DNA of 64,000 nucleotides from a virus (Duplodnaviria; Caudoviricetes): IMG/VR virus record IMGVR_UViG_3300032167_003270, positions 1 to 64,000 of that record; one strand, 5' to 3'. Shown piece by piece: positions 34,327 to 45,339 of this stretch (position 1 is its first letter; each line of letters starts with the position of its first letter). The notes under the pieces were generated by a model. It saw only the letters and a program-made list of their open reading frames with translations, ran no database searches and was not told where the DNA came from. The position numbers and the translations under genes were made by a program.

Positions 34327-35694
34327 AATTTCCTTTCTTTTTTATAAAAAATTTTCCCCTATATTTCATATAAGGTATTTACATTAGTTCCAACTTGTTA
34401 CAATAAATAGTATAGTATGGTGTTTCTTCTAATTTTGTATCAACAACACTATACATATTTCCGTCATATTCAACAGAGTTTATATTATATATTGCATATA
34501 ATACTAAATCTTCGTGATTAAAAGGACAATAATCTTCAAATTGAGTAGGACTTGTAACTATTCCATTTCTAGTTAGTTTACATAACTCATTTATTCTTTC
34601 TCCTAATAATACACAAACAGAGTCCATTAAATCTTTATAATCTCTTCTACTAACACCAAAACTAAATGCCTCATATTTCAACCATTCAAAATCATATTGC
34701 ATATCACTTAATACTTTTAAATCTTTTACACACTTATTAAATGCGTCAGTTTCACTTTCAAATACTCTTGATGTTGCATCAAGATAATATTCATACAAAT
34801 CACTTGGATTATCTTGTGATTGAATTAGTTTTGTTAATAATACTGCTTTATCCATAATTATTCTCCTTTCTTATATAATTAAATAGTTCATATCAAAAAA
34901 GAGATACCTTATAGAGTATCTCCTTTTGAATTAGAACATAAATGTTCAATTTGTGTCCAAATTAACATATAAATATATACATCTTCAATTTTATCAACAT
35001 TATAAATTCTACTTATCCTATATAATAAGTTTTTTAATTCATAATTATCAATAAATTGAATAGTATTTTGTATTTCTTTTATGCAATCTTCCACAATTTG
35101 TTGTTCAATATCCGATAAATTATCCCAAATGATACCCTCAAATTTCATACATTCGGAGTAATTCATTTTTAATATATCTTCTATTTCAAACATAGTATCA
35201 CTATCCCTTTAATCTAAAAAATACTCAACAGTTGTACAATACTTCTCCAACACAATTAAAAGGTTCTTATCTTGATATAAATAATAATCATTGTGTTCAG
35301 TATGAATATCATCTACTTGAATATCGTCTTCATCATATTCATCAAAATTAACATAAGCATTTTTAAATGTTCTTTCTACTAACTTACTGATATTCTTATA
35401 CAATATGTCTATTGCTTCATCAGGGTCAATCATTCGGTTAGTTTCAATATAAATATTTTCATAATCACAAGTAATATAATGCTTAAAATAAGGCAAATAG
35501 CTTTCACTAATTGCGTCTTTAAGAGAATTAGTCATTGTATAATTATCGTCTAAATACTTATCTAATGCGTCAAAAATTGCATTATCATACTCTTCTTCTG
35601 TAAAACTACATAATACATTAACATTACTAATAGTCATAATAAACATCTCCCTTATATTGTAATATCCCCTCATTAAGAGGGGATATATAATTTA

Positions 35695-36915
35695 TTAGTT
35701 TGTAATTTCTACAAGATACTTAATAGTACACTGTTCTTCCTTATAAATAACAATCTCGTCATTACGCAACATACTACCAGCGTGTGCGTGTAAACAATTT
35801 GCACCAGGACAGTAATCCTGCAACTTATTGTAATTTAAGGAATAATACTTACTGTCAAATGAGTGGACATTATAAGGCTTACCATATGCTACTTGCATAA
35901 CTGCCATATATGCCTTATTCTCACTACCACTTGCCCAATAAGAACCACTTAATGATGTATAACCAATACTCTTCTGTGCTTTAGGGGCAAAATAAGTACC
36001 AATACCAAACATCTTACCTGTAATTACTGCGTTTACAGGTCGTAATACTAAACCTGTATTGATAATTGACCACCAATTCTCATTACGAGAACCGTGCCAT
36101 AATTCCTTAATATCTGTAATATTCTCATTAGCAATGAAATCGTCAAATCTCTTCTGTGTCTTATTATTTGTAACTTTCCAAGCCTTACTGAACTTCTTCG
36201 CACTTTCTCCTAAAAGTTCCTTAATATGCTTGATTTCATCATCTGTTACTTCTGCAAATTCTAACCCCATTGCCTCAAGGATAGTCTGTGTTGCATTATT
36301 CTCTGTATTATCATCTTCTTCTTCCATTGCAACCTGTACTACCTGTGTTTTCATAACATCAAGCAAGTCCTGCTCGTGTTTCATAATAGAATCAAAGTTG
36401 TCCTTTGACTTTGCAAGATAATCATTAACATTTGCCATCTTACGAGGGATAATACCAAATAATACAAGCAAATCGTCATTAAATTTCTTTAATGTAACCT
36501 TATCCAAAGACTTATTCATCTCGTCAATCTTATTCTGTGCCTTATCTACCATAGCCTGTGTAACTTCTCCAGCACCAACCTTATAGTTCTTCTGGATAGT
36601 CTTTTTTGCTCTGTCCTGTAAATAATCTACAATAGCCTTAATTGACTTATTTTCAATTTCCTTATATTCCTTATCTGTCTTTGGCTTTACTTCCTTAATT
36701 AAGTCATCCATTAAATCGGACTGGTCAACATAACCTTTCTTGACCTTTTCATTATATTTCTTATTCCAATCTCTCATTGGATAAGACGCTCTCTGTGGAT
36801 TTGCACCCACTCTACCAAATTCAACATTAAAAGTATCGCCATTAGGTATCATTCTGTAATACTTGTTATTGTTATTGGCTGTAACCATAACAAGATAAGT
36901 TGGTCTGTAATTCAT
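35695..36915 (-). CDS. WGR-domain poly(ADP-ribose) polymerase-like protein
   Basis: NNNKYY..FGRVG..K.KKGY (WGR), IP-containing regulatory helices, LWHGSR, FGIGTYFA and NDEIVIY (H-Y-E). Confidence 0.9.
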   Translation of the reverse strand: MNYRPTYLVMVTANNNNKYYRMIPNGDTFNVEFGRVGANPQRASYPMRDWNKKYNEKVKKGYVDQSDLMDDLIKEVKPKTDKEYKEIENKSIKAIVDYLQDRAKKTIQKNYKVGAGEVTQAMVDKAQNKIDEMNKSLDKVTLKKFNDDLLVLFGIIPRKMANVNDYLAKSKDNFDSIMKHEQDLLDVMKTQVVQVAMEEEDDNTENNATQTILEAMGLEFAEVTDDEIKHIKELLGESAKKFSKAWKVTNNKTQKRFDDFIANENITDIKELWHGSRNENWWSIINTGLVLRPVNAVITGKMFGIGTYFAPKAQKSIGYTSLSGSYWASGSENKAYMAVMQVAYGKPYNVHSFDSKYYSLNYNKLQDYCPGANCLHAHAGSMLRNDEIVIYKEEQCTIKYLVEITN

Positions 36916-36943
36916 AATTTTTCTCTCCTTTATATCTTACAAT

Positions 36944-37501
36944 TTACATAATTTCTACTGGTGTTGTAATAGGTGTTACAAATTTACCACCCTTTGAGCC
37001 ACAATCAATTTGATAATTTGAAACCCAATATTTAATATTATTACGTTTTGCCTCAAGTCTAATATCCTTATCAAATCTTGAACGCAAAAAACCGTCTTTT
37101 GGAGTTTCAATATAAGCGTGGATAGATGAATCATCTCCCACAATATCTCTATCCATATAGATAGTGTGATGTTTCTCATAGTCTGCAACTGATTCCAAAA
37201 ACCAATCAATCTCGTCATCAATAGTACCTAATGACTTTAATTTGAAAGTCTTTAATACAGAACGTCTATCATATGAGTATTCGTGTTCTGTAATAAGATT
37301 TAGATTTGCAGTACAACCAGCAAGTACAACCTGCATTGTGTCTATAATTTCTAACATCTCGTCAGCACTCATATACTTGCCCTTTAATTCATCATAAATA
37401 ATACTAGGCATTTCTAAAATTGTGCTTGTTTCAATTTCTTCCATTTTCCAACCCAAAGGGGCTGAACTATCTGGAATAGGTTTTACAATTATCTGTACCA
37501 T
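36944..37501 (-). CDS. uncharacterised PARP-associated protein, paralog of 39170-39721
   Basis: Shares GTIDDEID...VADYEK.HTI.M.RD.VGDD.SIHAYIETPK.G..R..FD...RLEAKRNNIKYW. Confidence 0.7.
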   Translation of the reverse strand: MVQIIVKPIPDSSAPLGWKMEEIETSTILEMPSIIYDELKGKYMSADEMLEIIDTMQVVLAGCTANLNLITEHEYSYDRRSVLKTFKLKSLGTIDDEIDWFLESVADYEKHHTIYMDRDIVGDDSSIHAYIETPKDGFLRSRFDKDIRLEAKRNNIKYWVSNYQIDCGSKGGKFVTPITTPVEIM

Positions 37502-37585
37502 TTAATTACCTCCCTTAATATAATTATATTATATCAAATTTATAGTAATTTGTAAATAGTATTTTTAATAAATTTTAGAATAAAT

Positions 37586-38833
37586 TTAAACTGAAAATTC
37601 AATTAAATATCTACAAGCGACTTGATTTTGATTATATACAATAACCTCATCACGCTTTAAATATCCCCCTGCGTGTGCATAAATAGAATGATAACCTAAA
37701 TCAGCTTGACTAAATTTATCTCCGTCTAAATTATAAATGCTTATATTACCATATTTATCATAATTATCCTTACAATCAAACACATTTCCAACAATAACAG
37801 CATTTAAAAACATATATGCTGTTCTTTTATAACCACCTTTCCAATAAGAACCTGCAATACTTGTATATCCACTAGCTTTATCAGCATTAGGTGCATTATA
37901 AATACCAACACCAAAAGCAGAACCACAATGAGAGGCATTTGACGGTTTTATAAGTAATCCTGTGGAAAGAATTGATAATAAGTTTTCTTCTCCTGTACCG
38001 TGCCAATAGAATTTAACATTTGTATCATTGTTTTTAAGATTATTATTCTCTAAATATTCAAGAAAACCTTGTTCTCTTGATGGAGTAGATACTTTAAATA
38101 CTCTATTAACAGAAAATCTAGTAAATCCATCTTTTGCTAATCTATCTTTTATAAAATCAACCTCTTGTGGTGTTGCTTTAGCAATATCAAATCCAAATAC
38201 CTCTGGAATTGTTTGACCTGCTTTTGTTGGTTGTTTCTTCTCTAAAATAACAATATTATCTAATAATGACTGTTCACGAACAATTTTTTGATTCATTCTA
38301 TTAACATCCCAAGTTTGTATTAAATAATCTTGTACTCTTGACATTGTTCTAGGAACAAGTTTAAATAATTCTATTAAATGCTGATTAAAATTATTTAATT
38401 CTGTAACTGTTCCATTTCCTGTATTAACAATTACTGTCATTTTATTTAAATGGTCTTGAAATTCAGACGCTTTTGCAGTTGATAATTGTTTTACATTAGT
38501 TGTATTACTTACAAATTGTCTTGAATTTTGTAAAAATGTTTCTACTAATGTGTTTAATTCCGAATCAGTCAAAGCAGTATAACCAATAACTTGTTTATTA
38601 TTATCTGTTATGTCTGTATATCCTTTTTTAACCTTTGCATTATATTGTGCGTTCCATTTAGACATAGGATAATCAATTCTAGTACCATCAGTACCAACTC
38701 TACCATAATGAGCAGTAAAAGTACCATCTCCATTATCGTGCATATTATAAAATTTATTATTGTTTGCTGCTGTAACCATAATAAGTTTTACATCTTCCAT
38801 AATAAGCCCCCTTATTATTTCTTCATATCCCAA
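37586..38833 (-). CDS. WGR-domain poly(ADP-ribose) polymerase-like protein (second copy)
   Basis: NNNKFY..YGRVG..KVKKGY, YWHGT, FGVGIYNA and RDEVIVY. True start is probably MEDVK near 38800. Confidence 0.9.
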   Translation of the reverse strand: MGYEEIIRGLIMEDVKLIMVTAANNNKFYNMHDNGDGTFTAHYGRVGTDGTRIDYPMSKWNAQYNAKVKKGYTDITDNNKQVIGYTALTDSELNTLVETFLQNSRQFVSNTTNVKQLSTAKASEFQDHLNKMTVIVNTGNGTVTELNNFNQHLIELFKLVPRTMSRVQDYLIQTWDVNRMNQKIVREQSLLDNIVILEKKQPTKAGQTIPEVFGFDIAKATPQEVDFIKDRLAKDGFTRFSVNRVFKVSTPSREQGFLEYLENNNLKNNDTNVKFYWHGTGEENLLSILSTGLLIKPSNASHCGSAFGVGIYNAPNADKASGYTSIAGSYWKGGYKRTAYMFLNAVIVGNVFDCKDNYDKYGNISIYNLDGDKFSQADLGYHSIYAHAGGYLKRDEVIVYNQNQVACRYLIEFSV

Positions 38834-39131
38834 CTAATATCTGGACTTATTTCAACTTCATAAGTTTGTCCATTTTTAAAATTCTTTTCTTCTGTAATTT
38901 GTGGATTGATTGTGAAGTTTACATAATGTTGCATTATATATTTTTTATCTACTAAACAATCTTCCACATCTATTGCCTTTTCGACATTTTCTAATAATAA
39001 TGGATGTATTTTTCCAATTATTAAGGCTGTTCTGTTTTTCTTAAATTCTTCAATATTTGTTTTGTATAATTCTTGTAAATCATTAAATAATTCTTTATCT
39101 ATCATAATATATAATTCCTTTCTTGTAAAAT

Positions 39132-39164
39132 AAAAAAGGTCTAATTATAAAAACTAGACCTTTT
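39132..39164 (-). terminator. intrinsic terminator
   Basis: AAAAGGTCTAG...TTAGACCTTTTTT hairpin. Confidence 0.65.
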
Positions 39165-39169
39165 AAATA

Positions 39170-39721
39170 TTAAATTTCAATAGGTGTTCCAATAGGTCTA
39201 ATAAAGACACCACCTGCTGTACCTGTGGCGATTTTATAATCTTCAATCCAATATTTGATATTATTTCTTTTTGCCTCAAGTCTAACTGACCTATCAAATT
39301 GTGCTCTAACTTTACCATTTTTAGGTGTTTCAATATATGCGTGAATTGATGTATCATCTCCAACAACATCTCTACCCATTTCAATAGTATGATATTTTTC
39401 ATAATCAGCAACATTATCTAAAAGAAAATCAATTTCATCATCAATAGTACCAATACTATCTCTTAAAAGAATTGATTTTAACACACTATTTTTATCAAAA
39501 TATGTGTTATTTACCATATTAAGACTGTCAGTTACACCTGCTAATGCAATTTGTAAAGTACCAACCAATTCTAACATATCATCTGCTTTTATATATTTAC
39601 CATTCATTTCTTCATAAATACATTCAGGCATATCTAATACTTTTCCTGATTTAGTATCTTCAATTTCCCAACCAATAGCAGACACACTAGATTTTCTCAC
39701 TTTAAAAATACTTTGTACCAT
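39170..39721 (-). CDS. uncharacterised PARP-associated protein, paralog of 36944-37501
   Basis: Same conserved block as 36944-37501. Confidence 0.7.
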   Translation of the reverse strand: MVQSIFKVRKSSVSAIGWEIEDTKSGKVLDMPECIYEEMNGKYIKADDMLELVGTLQIALAGVTDSLNMVNNTYFDKNSVLKSILLRDSIGTIDDEIDFLLDNVADYEKYHTIEMGRDVVGDDTSIHAYIETPKNGKVRAQFDRSVRLEAKRNNIKYWIEDYKIATGTAGGVFIRPIGTPIEI

Positions 39722-40306
39722 TGTTATATACCCCCTTAACCGTGCATATCCATTAAGTATACCATATAATGCTCAATTACTCTTCTTGCGAAATTTCTAT
39801 TAGAAGAATCAGATTTAAATTGATATTTATATTCGTCAATAATCATTTTATGTGATTCTGAATGTTCCAATATAACTCTATTTACATCTGAATGACGATG
39901 ATTCATAAAATCGTCTATATCTTGTTCGGTATCTAAATCTCCACTATAATCAATTTTTTGAATAAACTCTTCTTTTGTCATATTTAAACATTTTAATATA
40001 AAATCTAATTTTTGTTTAGGTTGCTCTTTATATATAGAGAGCATAAGTGCTGAAATCCAATTATCGCCATAGCGATACTCAAAATATAATTTATATACAT
40101 CTTTTTCATTTCGTTCTGTATCAGAAAATACAAAATTCCCATTTTCCTCATAAATATAACCTATTGACGGATGTGCTATTACCATTTCCATATAGGCATC
40201 TAAAAATTGGTCAATACTTTCGTCACAAATTTCTAAATAATTCATATTAAACCCCCATTTATATAAATTATAGGGAGTTCTAAATATATAGAACTCCCCC
40301 TAATTC

Positions 40307-41440
40307 TTAATTAAGTTTATCAATAGTATTCTCAATATCCTTAACATATTTCTTGAAAGTATCAATATCTTCAATCATAGTAATAGTCATTTCTAAAGCC
40401 TTTCTTAAATCAGCTTTAGTATTGATATTTTTATTATAACGAAGTGTTTCATCATCAGTTGTAATACTAAATTTATACTTATATGATTTATCAGCAGGGT
40501 CTTCTTTCTCAATAACGATAATCTTCTCTGCATTTTCAGTTTCAGTAGCCTTTGTATAAATTTCAATAGTTGTTACAGTTTCAACTCCGTCTGTAAATAC
40601 AGTATCGGACTCTGCTTTAAGGTCTTTAGAAGATTCATTAAAATCAATAACAAAATCATTATTGATAAATGTAATCATTTCAGAACGCTTTTTAAGGAAA
40701 GCCTCTTTATCTGTTCCTGTTAAGAATGTGATAAGACCATTGATATAATCTTCAAGACCTGTATCATCTGGTGTTACTGCTTTCATAACTTTAGAGTTAC
40801 TACGAGCAATAGAATATTTTGTTCTAGGAATTTTTACAACTGTTGGTTCAACAGGAATACCTAATTCCTCTGCCACTTTCTCATAAAATGCAGTATATTC
40901 AGACTCATATTCTTTCTTAACCTTTAAATAATCTGGCTTATGTTCCATAGAACCTGTTAATTCTGTTTTATGTTCTTTATCAAATTCATAAAGATATTTA
41001 TATAAAGAAACTGCGTCTGATAATGACGGAGTTAAATCAGGAGTATAACCTGCAAAGAACTTCATTTCGTCAATATCTCCTAAATCTACTGGACCTGAAA
41101 TAACATTACATTTATCAGGATTAGCCTCTCTCCAATCTCTCTTTCTCTTTTCTAATTCTTTAAGTTGTGGACCGTATTTACGCTCTCTTTCTTCCTTTGT
41201 AATTTTCTCTGTCCAAGTGTCTTTAAGCATTACATCATATTCTTCTGAATGATAATTACAAGCACTATCTAATTGGAAAATTTTATCCTTATAATAATTT
41301 TGAGCATCTCTTAAAATATTATAGATAAGTGTTGTGGTAGGAGAATAAGTACCATCTCCGTTATCTTGGAAATATCTATTATCAATATTTCCTGTAAGTG
41401 TAAGTTTTTTGTCTTTTAAAGTTTCTAATACTTTTCCCAT
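40307..41440 (-). CDS. hypothetical protein with family C-terminal domain
   Basis: C-terminal ~100 aa aligns with those of 42388, 47754 and 48673. Confidence 0.6.
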   Translation of the reverse strand: MGKVLETLKDKKLTLTGNIDNRYFQDNGDGTYSPTTTLIYNILRDAQNYYKDKIFQLDSACNYHSEEYDVMLKDTWTEKITKEERERKYGPQLKELEKRKRDWREANPDKCNVISGPVDLGDIDEMKFFAGYTPDLTPSLSDAVSLYKYLYEFDKEHKTELTGSMEHKPDYLKVKKEYESEYTAFYEKVAEELGIPVEPTVVKIPRTKYSIARSNSKVMKAVTPDDTGLEDYINGLITFLTGTDKEAFLKKRSEMITFINNDFVIDFNESSKDLKAESDTVFTDGVETVTTIEIYTKATETENAEKIIVIEKEDPADKSYKYKFSITTDDETLRYNKNINTKADLRKALEMTITMIEDIDTFKKYVKDIENTIDKLN

Positions 41441-42387
41441 TTTTTAATCTCCTTTAATATATAATAATTTTAATCAATTAAAAATTGATAACTCTAGGGT
41501 ATCTAACTGATTCATAAATAAGTTTCTCTGGACCTAAAACCCAATTAGATAGATTAGGTAAACTTTCTCCCTTTTCTAATTCTCCAATTTCACTTCTATT
41601 ATGAACCCCATATAAATAATATAATTTGTTTTCTGATAAGGTTGCCATTATGTTCCATCGTTCATTTTCTAGTACACCTACTACTGAATGACCATTATCT
41701 ACTATAATTAGTAAATCACACATATGGTCAGAACCATATCGAGATAAGGTTTCTGATAAATCTTGAATGTCTTTAAATTCAAAAATTTTATTATCTAAAA
41801 AACCAATCATTTCTCCATCCTCCCTTTTATTTTTATAGAAAAAGTGAAAATAACCTATACATTTAGTATAAGTTATTTTTCACATCCATTCTATTATAAT
41901 TAAATAGTGCTTTATTATAGTCAAAAATTTCCTAAAAATCCATAAAAACATTCTTCAATCTCACTATAATCCAATGAAATATCTTTTATGTTAATATAAT
42001 TATAGTTAGAATTATATAAATTGTCGTTTAATATTGATAATATTGTATCTTTATCCCATTTAATTTCTTGAATTGATATAACATCGTTTTTAGAATTACG
42101 AATCACACAATCAAGTGGAAACATAATACCTAGCGACATACTAATTAAATAATTATTATCATTTTGATTGATTAAATGTAAATTATTATTACCATAGAAA
42201 TTTGGTTCAAATATTGTATTTTCTAAATTAGAACTTAATACTTTATATAATTCCTCATCATTACAATCTATTTTACTACTACTATTATTAGTATTACAAT
42301 TAATTACTAAATTTATTATAGCCCAAAATCCATTATATGAATAATGACCATAATCATCTTGTAGCCTCATAATTATTCCCCCTTATA

Positions 42388-43488
42388 TTATAAACAATTT
42401 TCTAATTCGTCTGCATATTTATAAAATTGTTCATATAATCTTAAAGATTCGATAGTGTCAGTTACTAACTTATTTAATTGAGCCTTATTATAAAGTTTTG
42501 TACTAATAATAAATTTTTCATCATCTTCATTAGTAATATCTACTATAAACTTAAAAGCGTCACTTGTTTTTTCGATTTTAATAAGTGTTTCCTTTGTATC
42601 TATTGTAACTATAACCAATATATTAGATTCATTATTATCAAAAAATTCGTCAATATCACTATCTAATTGAATTTCTAATTTAGACGAGTTTTCAATTTTA
42701 TAAACAAAATTTTTCAACTCGTCAATAAGTTGTGTGTCAATCGTTTTATAAACTTTATTTGGATTTTGTTTAATCCAATCAGTAATAGATTTATAACCAT
42801 TATTAGTTAAATATAATTTTACAGTATCACGAACATCCATAGCATTGTCATAAATAAGTTTATTAAGACCATATCCTTGATTTGCCACACTATTACGAAC
42901 CCAATCATTTTCATCATTGATAAGAATATCAAGCCCATATCCTTGTGATGCTACAGTAGTACGAACCCAAGCACTTTTATCATTTATAAGAATATCAAGT
43001 CTATAACCGTGTTTTGCTACTTTATCTCTAACTAAATCATTTTTATCATTGATAAGTATATCTAAACTATATCCGTGTTTTGCTACTTCTATACGAACCC
43101 AATCATCTTCGTCATAAATAAGTTGTTCTAAACCATAACCTTGTTTGGCTACTGTTTTACGAACTTCTGACATTTTATCATTAATAAGTATATCTAAACC
43201 ATAACCGTGTTGAGCTACCATATCCCTAATCAACCATTCTTCATCCTTAACAAGAATATTAAGTCCATAACCTTTTTTAGCCACAGCAAAACGAACATTC
43301 TTATTTTCGTCATTAACAAGAATATCTAAACCATATCCTTGTTCAGCAACAACTTCACGAACTCTATAATCTTTATCAAAAACAAGTCTATCCAAACCAT
43401 ATCCTTGTTTGGCTATTTCTATTCTTTCTTTATAGTCTTTACTCTTAACTAATTTATCTAATTCACGATTTGTACCATATCTTTGCAT
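42388..43488 (-). CDS. 22-aa helical (HEAT-like) repeat protein
   Basis: Nine A.QGYGLDIL.ND....VR..V repeats plus the shared C-terminal domain. Confidence 0.75.
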   Translation of the reverse strand: MQRYGTNRELDKLVKSKDYKERIEIAKQGYGLDRLVFDKDYRVREVVAEQGYGLDILVNDENKNVRFAVAKKGYGLNILVKDEEWLIRDMVAQHGYGLDILINDKMSEVRKTVAKQGYGLEQLIYDEDDWVRIEVAKHGYSLDILINDKNDLVRDKVAKHGYRLDILINDKSAWVRTTVASQGYGLDILINDENDWVRNSVANQGYGLNKLIYDNAMDVRDTVKLYLTNNGYKSITDWIKQNPNKVYKTIDTQLIDELKNFVYKIENSSKLEIQLDSDIDEFFDNNESNILVIVTIDTKETLIKIEKTSDAFKFIVDITNEDDEKFIISTKLYNKAQLNKLVTDTIESLRLYEQFYKYADELENCL

Positions 43489-43509
43489 ATTATATTTCTC
43501 CCTAATAAT

Positions 43510-44022
43510 TTAATTATCATATAACACAACACCATTAGATGCAATAGTTACAGAATATTTTTCATCACGAATATATTTGTCATAATCAAAATAATCTAAA
43601 AATTTAGATGGAACATCGTGTTCTTGTGCGTCTATTTCAACTTGTTCTCTTAAATAATCCTCCCAAGTTTCTTCATCAATAAACCATATATAATCATTTT
43701 TATAATCTATTGCCTCTTCAACAGACATATGATGACATTCAATAATAGCATTAACTAATCTTAAATCTTGGTCGTCTAATTCTTCTAATAATTCAATATC
43801 ATTAAGAACCTCATCAACATTAGCATATTCTAAATCGCCCCAAATTCTAGTATCAACATTTACATAATTATCTAAATCAGCAATAAACCATTCTCCACCA
43901 TCTCTATCTGGGTCTTTATCAATAAATTTACGAGCCTCTTCTGGTGTCATCCAACCATAACCTACAATACCATTATTGTATGCACCCCAAGTATTTAAGA
44001 ATATTTTAGTTTCATCTCTCAT
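43510..44022 (-). CDS. ardA: ArdA-type antirestriction protein
   Basis: I.L.....YN.G...G.W, EWFI.D and YFDY..Y.RD motifs; highly acidic. Confidence 0.7.
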   Translation of the reverse strand: MRDETKIFLNTWGAYNNGIVGYGWMTPEEARKFIDKDPDRDGGEWFIADLDNYVNVDTRIWGDLEYANVDEVLNDIELLEELDDQDLRLVNAIIECHHMSVEEAIDYKNDYIWFIDEETWEDYLREQVEIDAQEHDVPSKFLDYFDYDKYIRDEKYSVTIASNGVVLYDN

Positions 44023-45339
44023 AAACTCACTCCTTTTATGACCAATTATATGCTAAAGGTTGAAAATCTGTTGATTTAATTCCAATACAATTACATTCAG
44101 TTTTCAAATTTTCAAAATAAATATTCATTATTTTATTCATTTGATTATCATAAAATACAGGAACACCTAAATTAGTATATACATATATGAAATGTCTTTC
44201 TGTATCTGGTTCAAGTTTCCATTCTATTTTATCAATAATTTTCATAGTGTCATATTGTCGAAGAATTGACGCATAATGGTCACGCAAATTTAAGTATTCC
44301 ATTGTTTTTAATGCTGTATCTTGTGTATAATTTTTATTTTTAATCATACAAGCCTCAACACATCTATCGTCTTCCTTATATACTTTTAATAAATCTTCTA
44401 ATTGTTCTTTTTCTTCTAATACATATCCCTCTTCACAAGTTTCTGATACATATTTACATATATCATTCTCAACTTGAATAGTCCACCCATTAACTATATA
44501 TTCAATTTTTTGATTATCTAATAATTCTTGACTATATGAGATATTTTGTTCTTTAAGAACTTTTTCTATAGTAATATTATCCATAATAAACATCTCCTAT
44601 TATAATTTTACAAGTCCTTCTTCTGGAATTGACCATACTTTTGTAAAATATTCCATTGTTTCTTTTTCATAATTTGGATAACCACATAATAAAAATTTAT
44701 TATCCATTTCTTTTAAAGCATTTATTAAATCTAATAAATATCTCTTTGATACTTTTATAATAATTATTTTATGATTAGAATTTTTAGCCTTACCTAGAAT
44801 ATATTTTAATTTAATTTTTTTATTTTTTAAATGATTTAATATCATATTATTAGGTGTTTCTAAACACATTATTTCTTGTGAAAATAATTTTGTTTTAATC
44901 GGAATCATAATCATTTGTTAAATCTCCTTTAATATTAAAATGGCTTGTCTATTATTTCAAGACAAGCCACTTTATTCTTATTTTAAAACCATTTTACCGT
45001 CTACCATATGAATATAACCTAAAATTTCTGTTTGATGTGGATGTTCTGGTAATGCTGTTGAATATAACATTACTGTACCACGATTATTTTTCATTTCAAT
45101 AACAAAATGTTGTAATTCTAATTCGGTTTCATAAGGTTCAGTTGCTACAAATAAATTTTCATCTTTATCATATTCAAATTCATAAATATGATTTTGTTTT
45201 AATCCCAGCTTTTCATATAATGGTTTTAATACCTCATTAAAGGAGTCATTGATAGATTTATCAACTTTCTTTAAACTAGGTTGTGTAAAAGTTTTGTCTT
45301 CATTCTGCATTGTTTTTAATTTCCTTTCTTTTTTAATTT

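Noticed and set aside
42830-43420. 66-bp periodic DNA repeats as a CRISPR array
   Set aside because: They are degenerate in-frame coding repeats (22 aa) with no constant repeat plus unique spacer structure.
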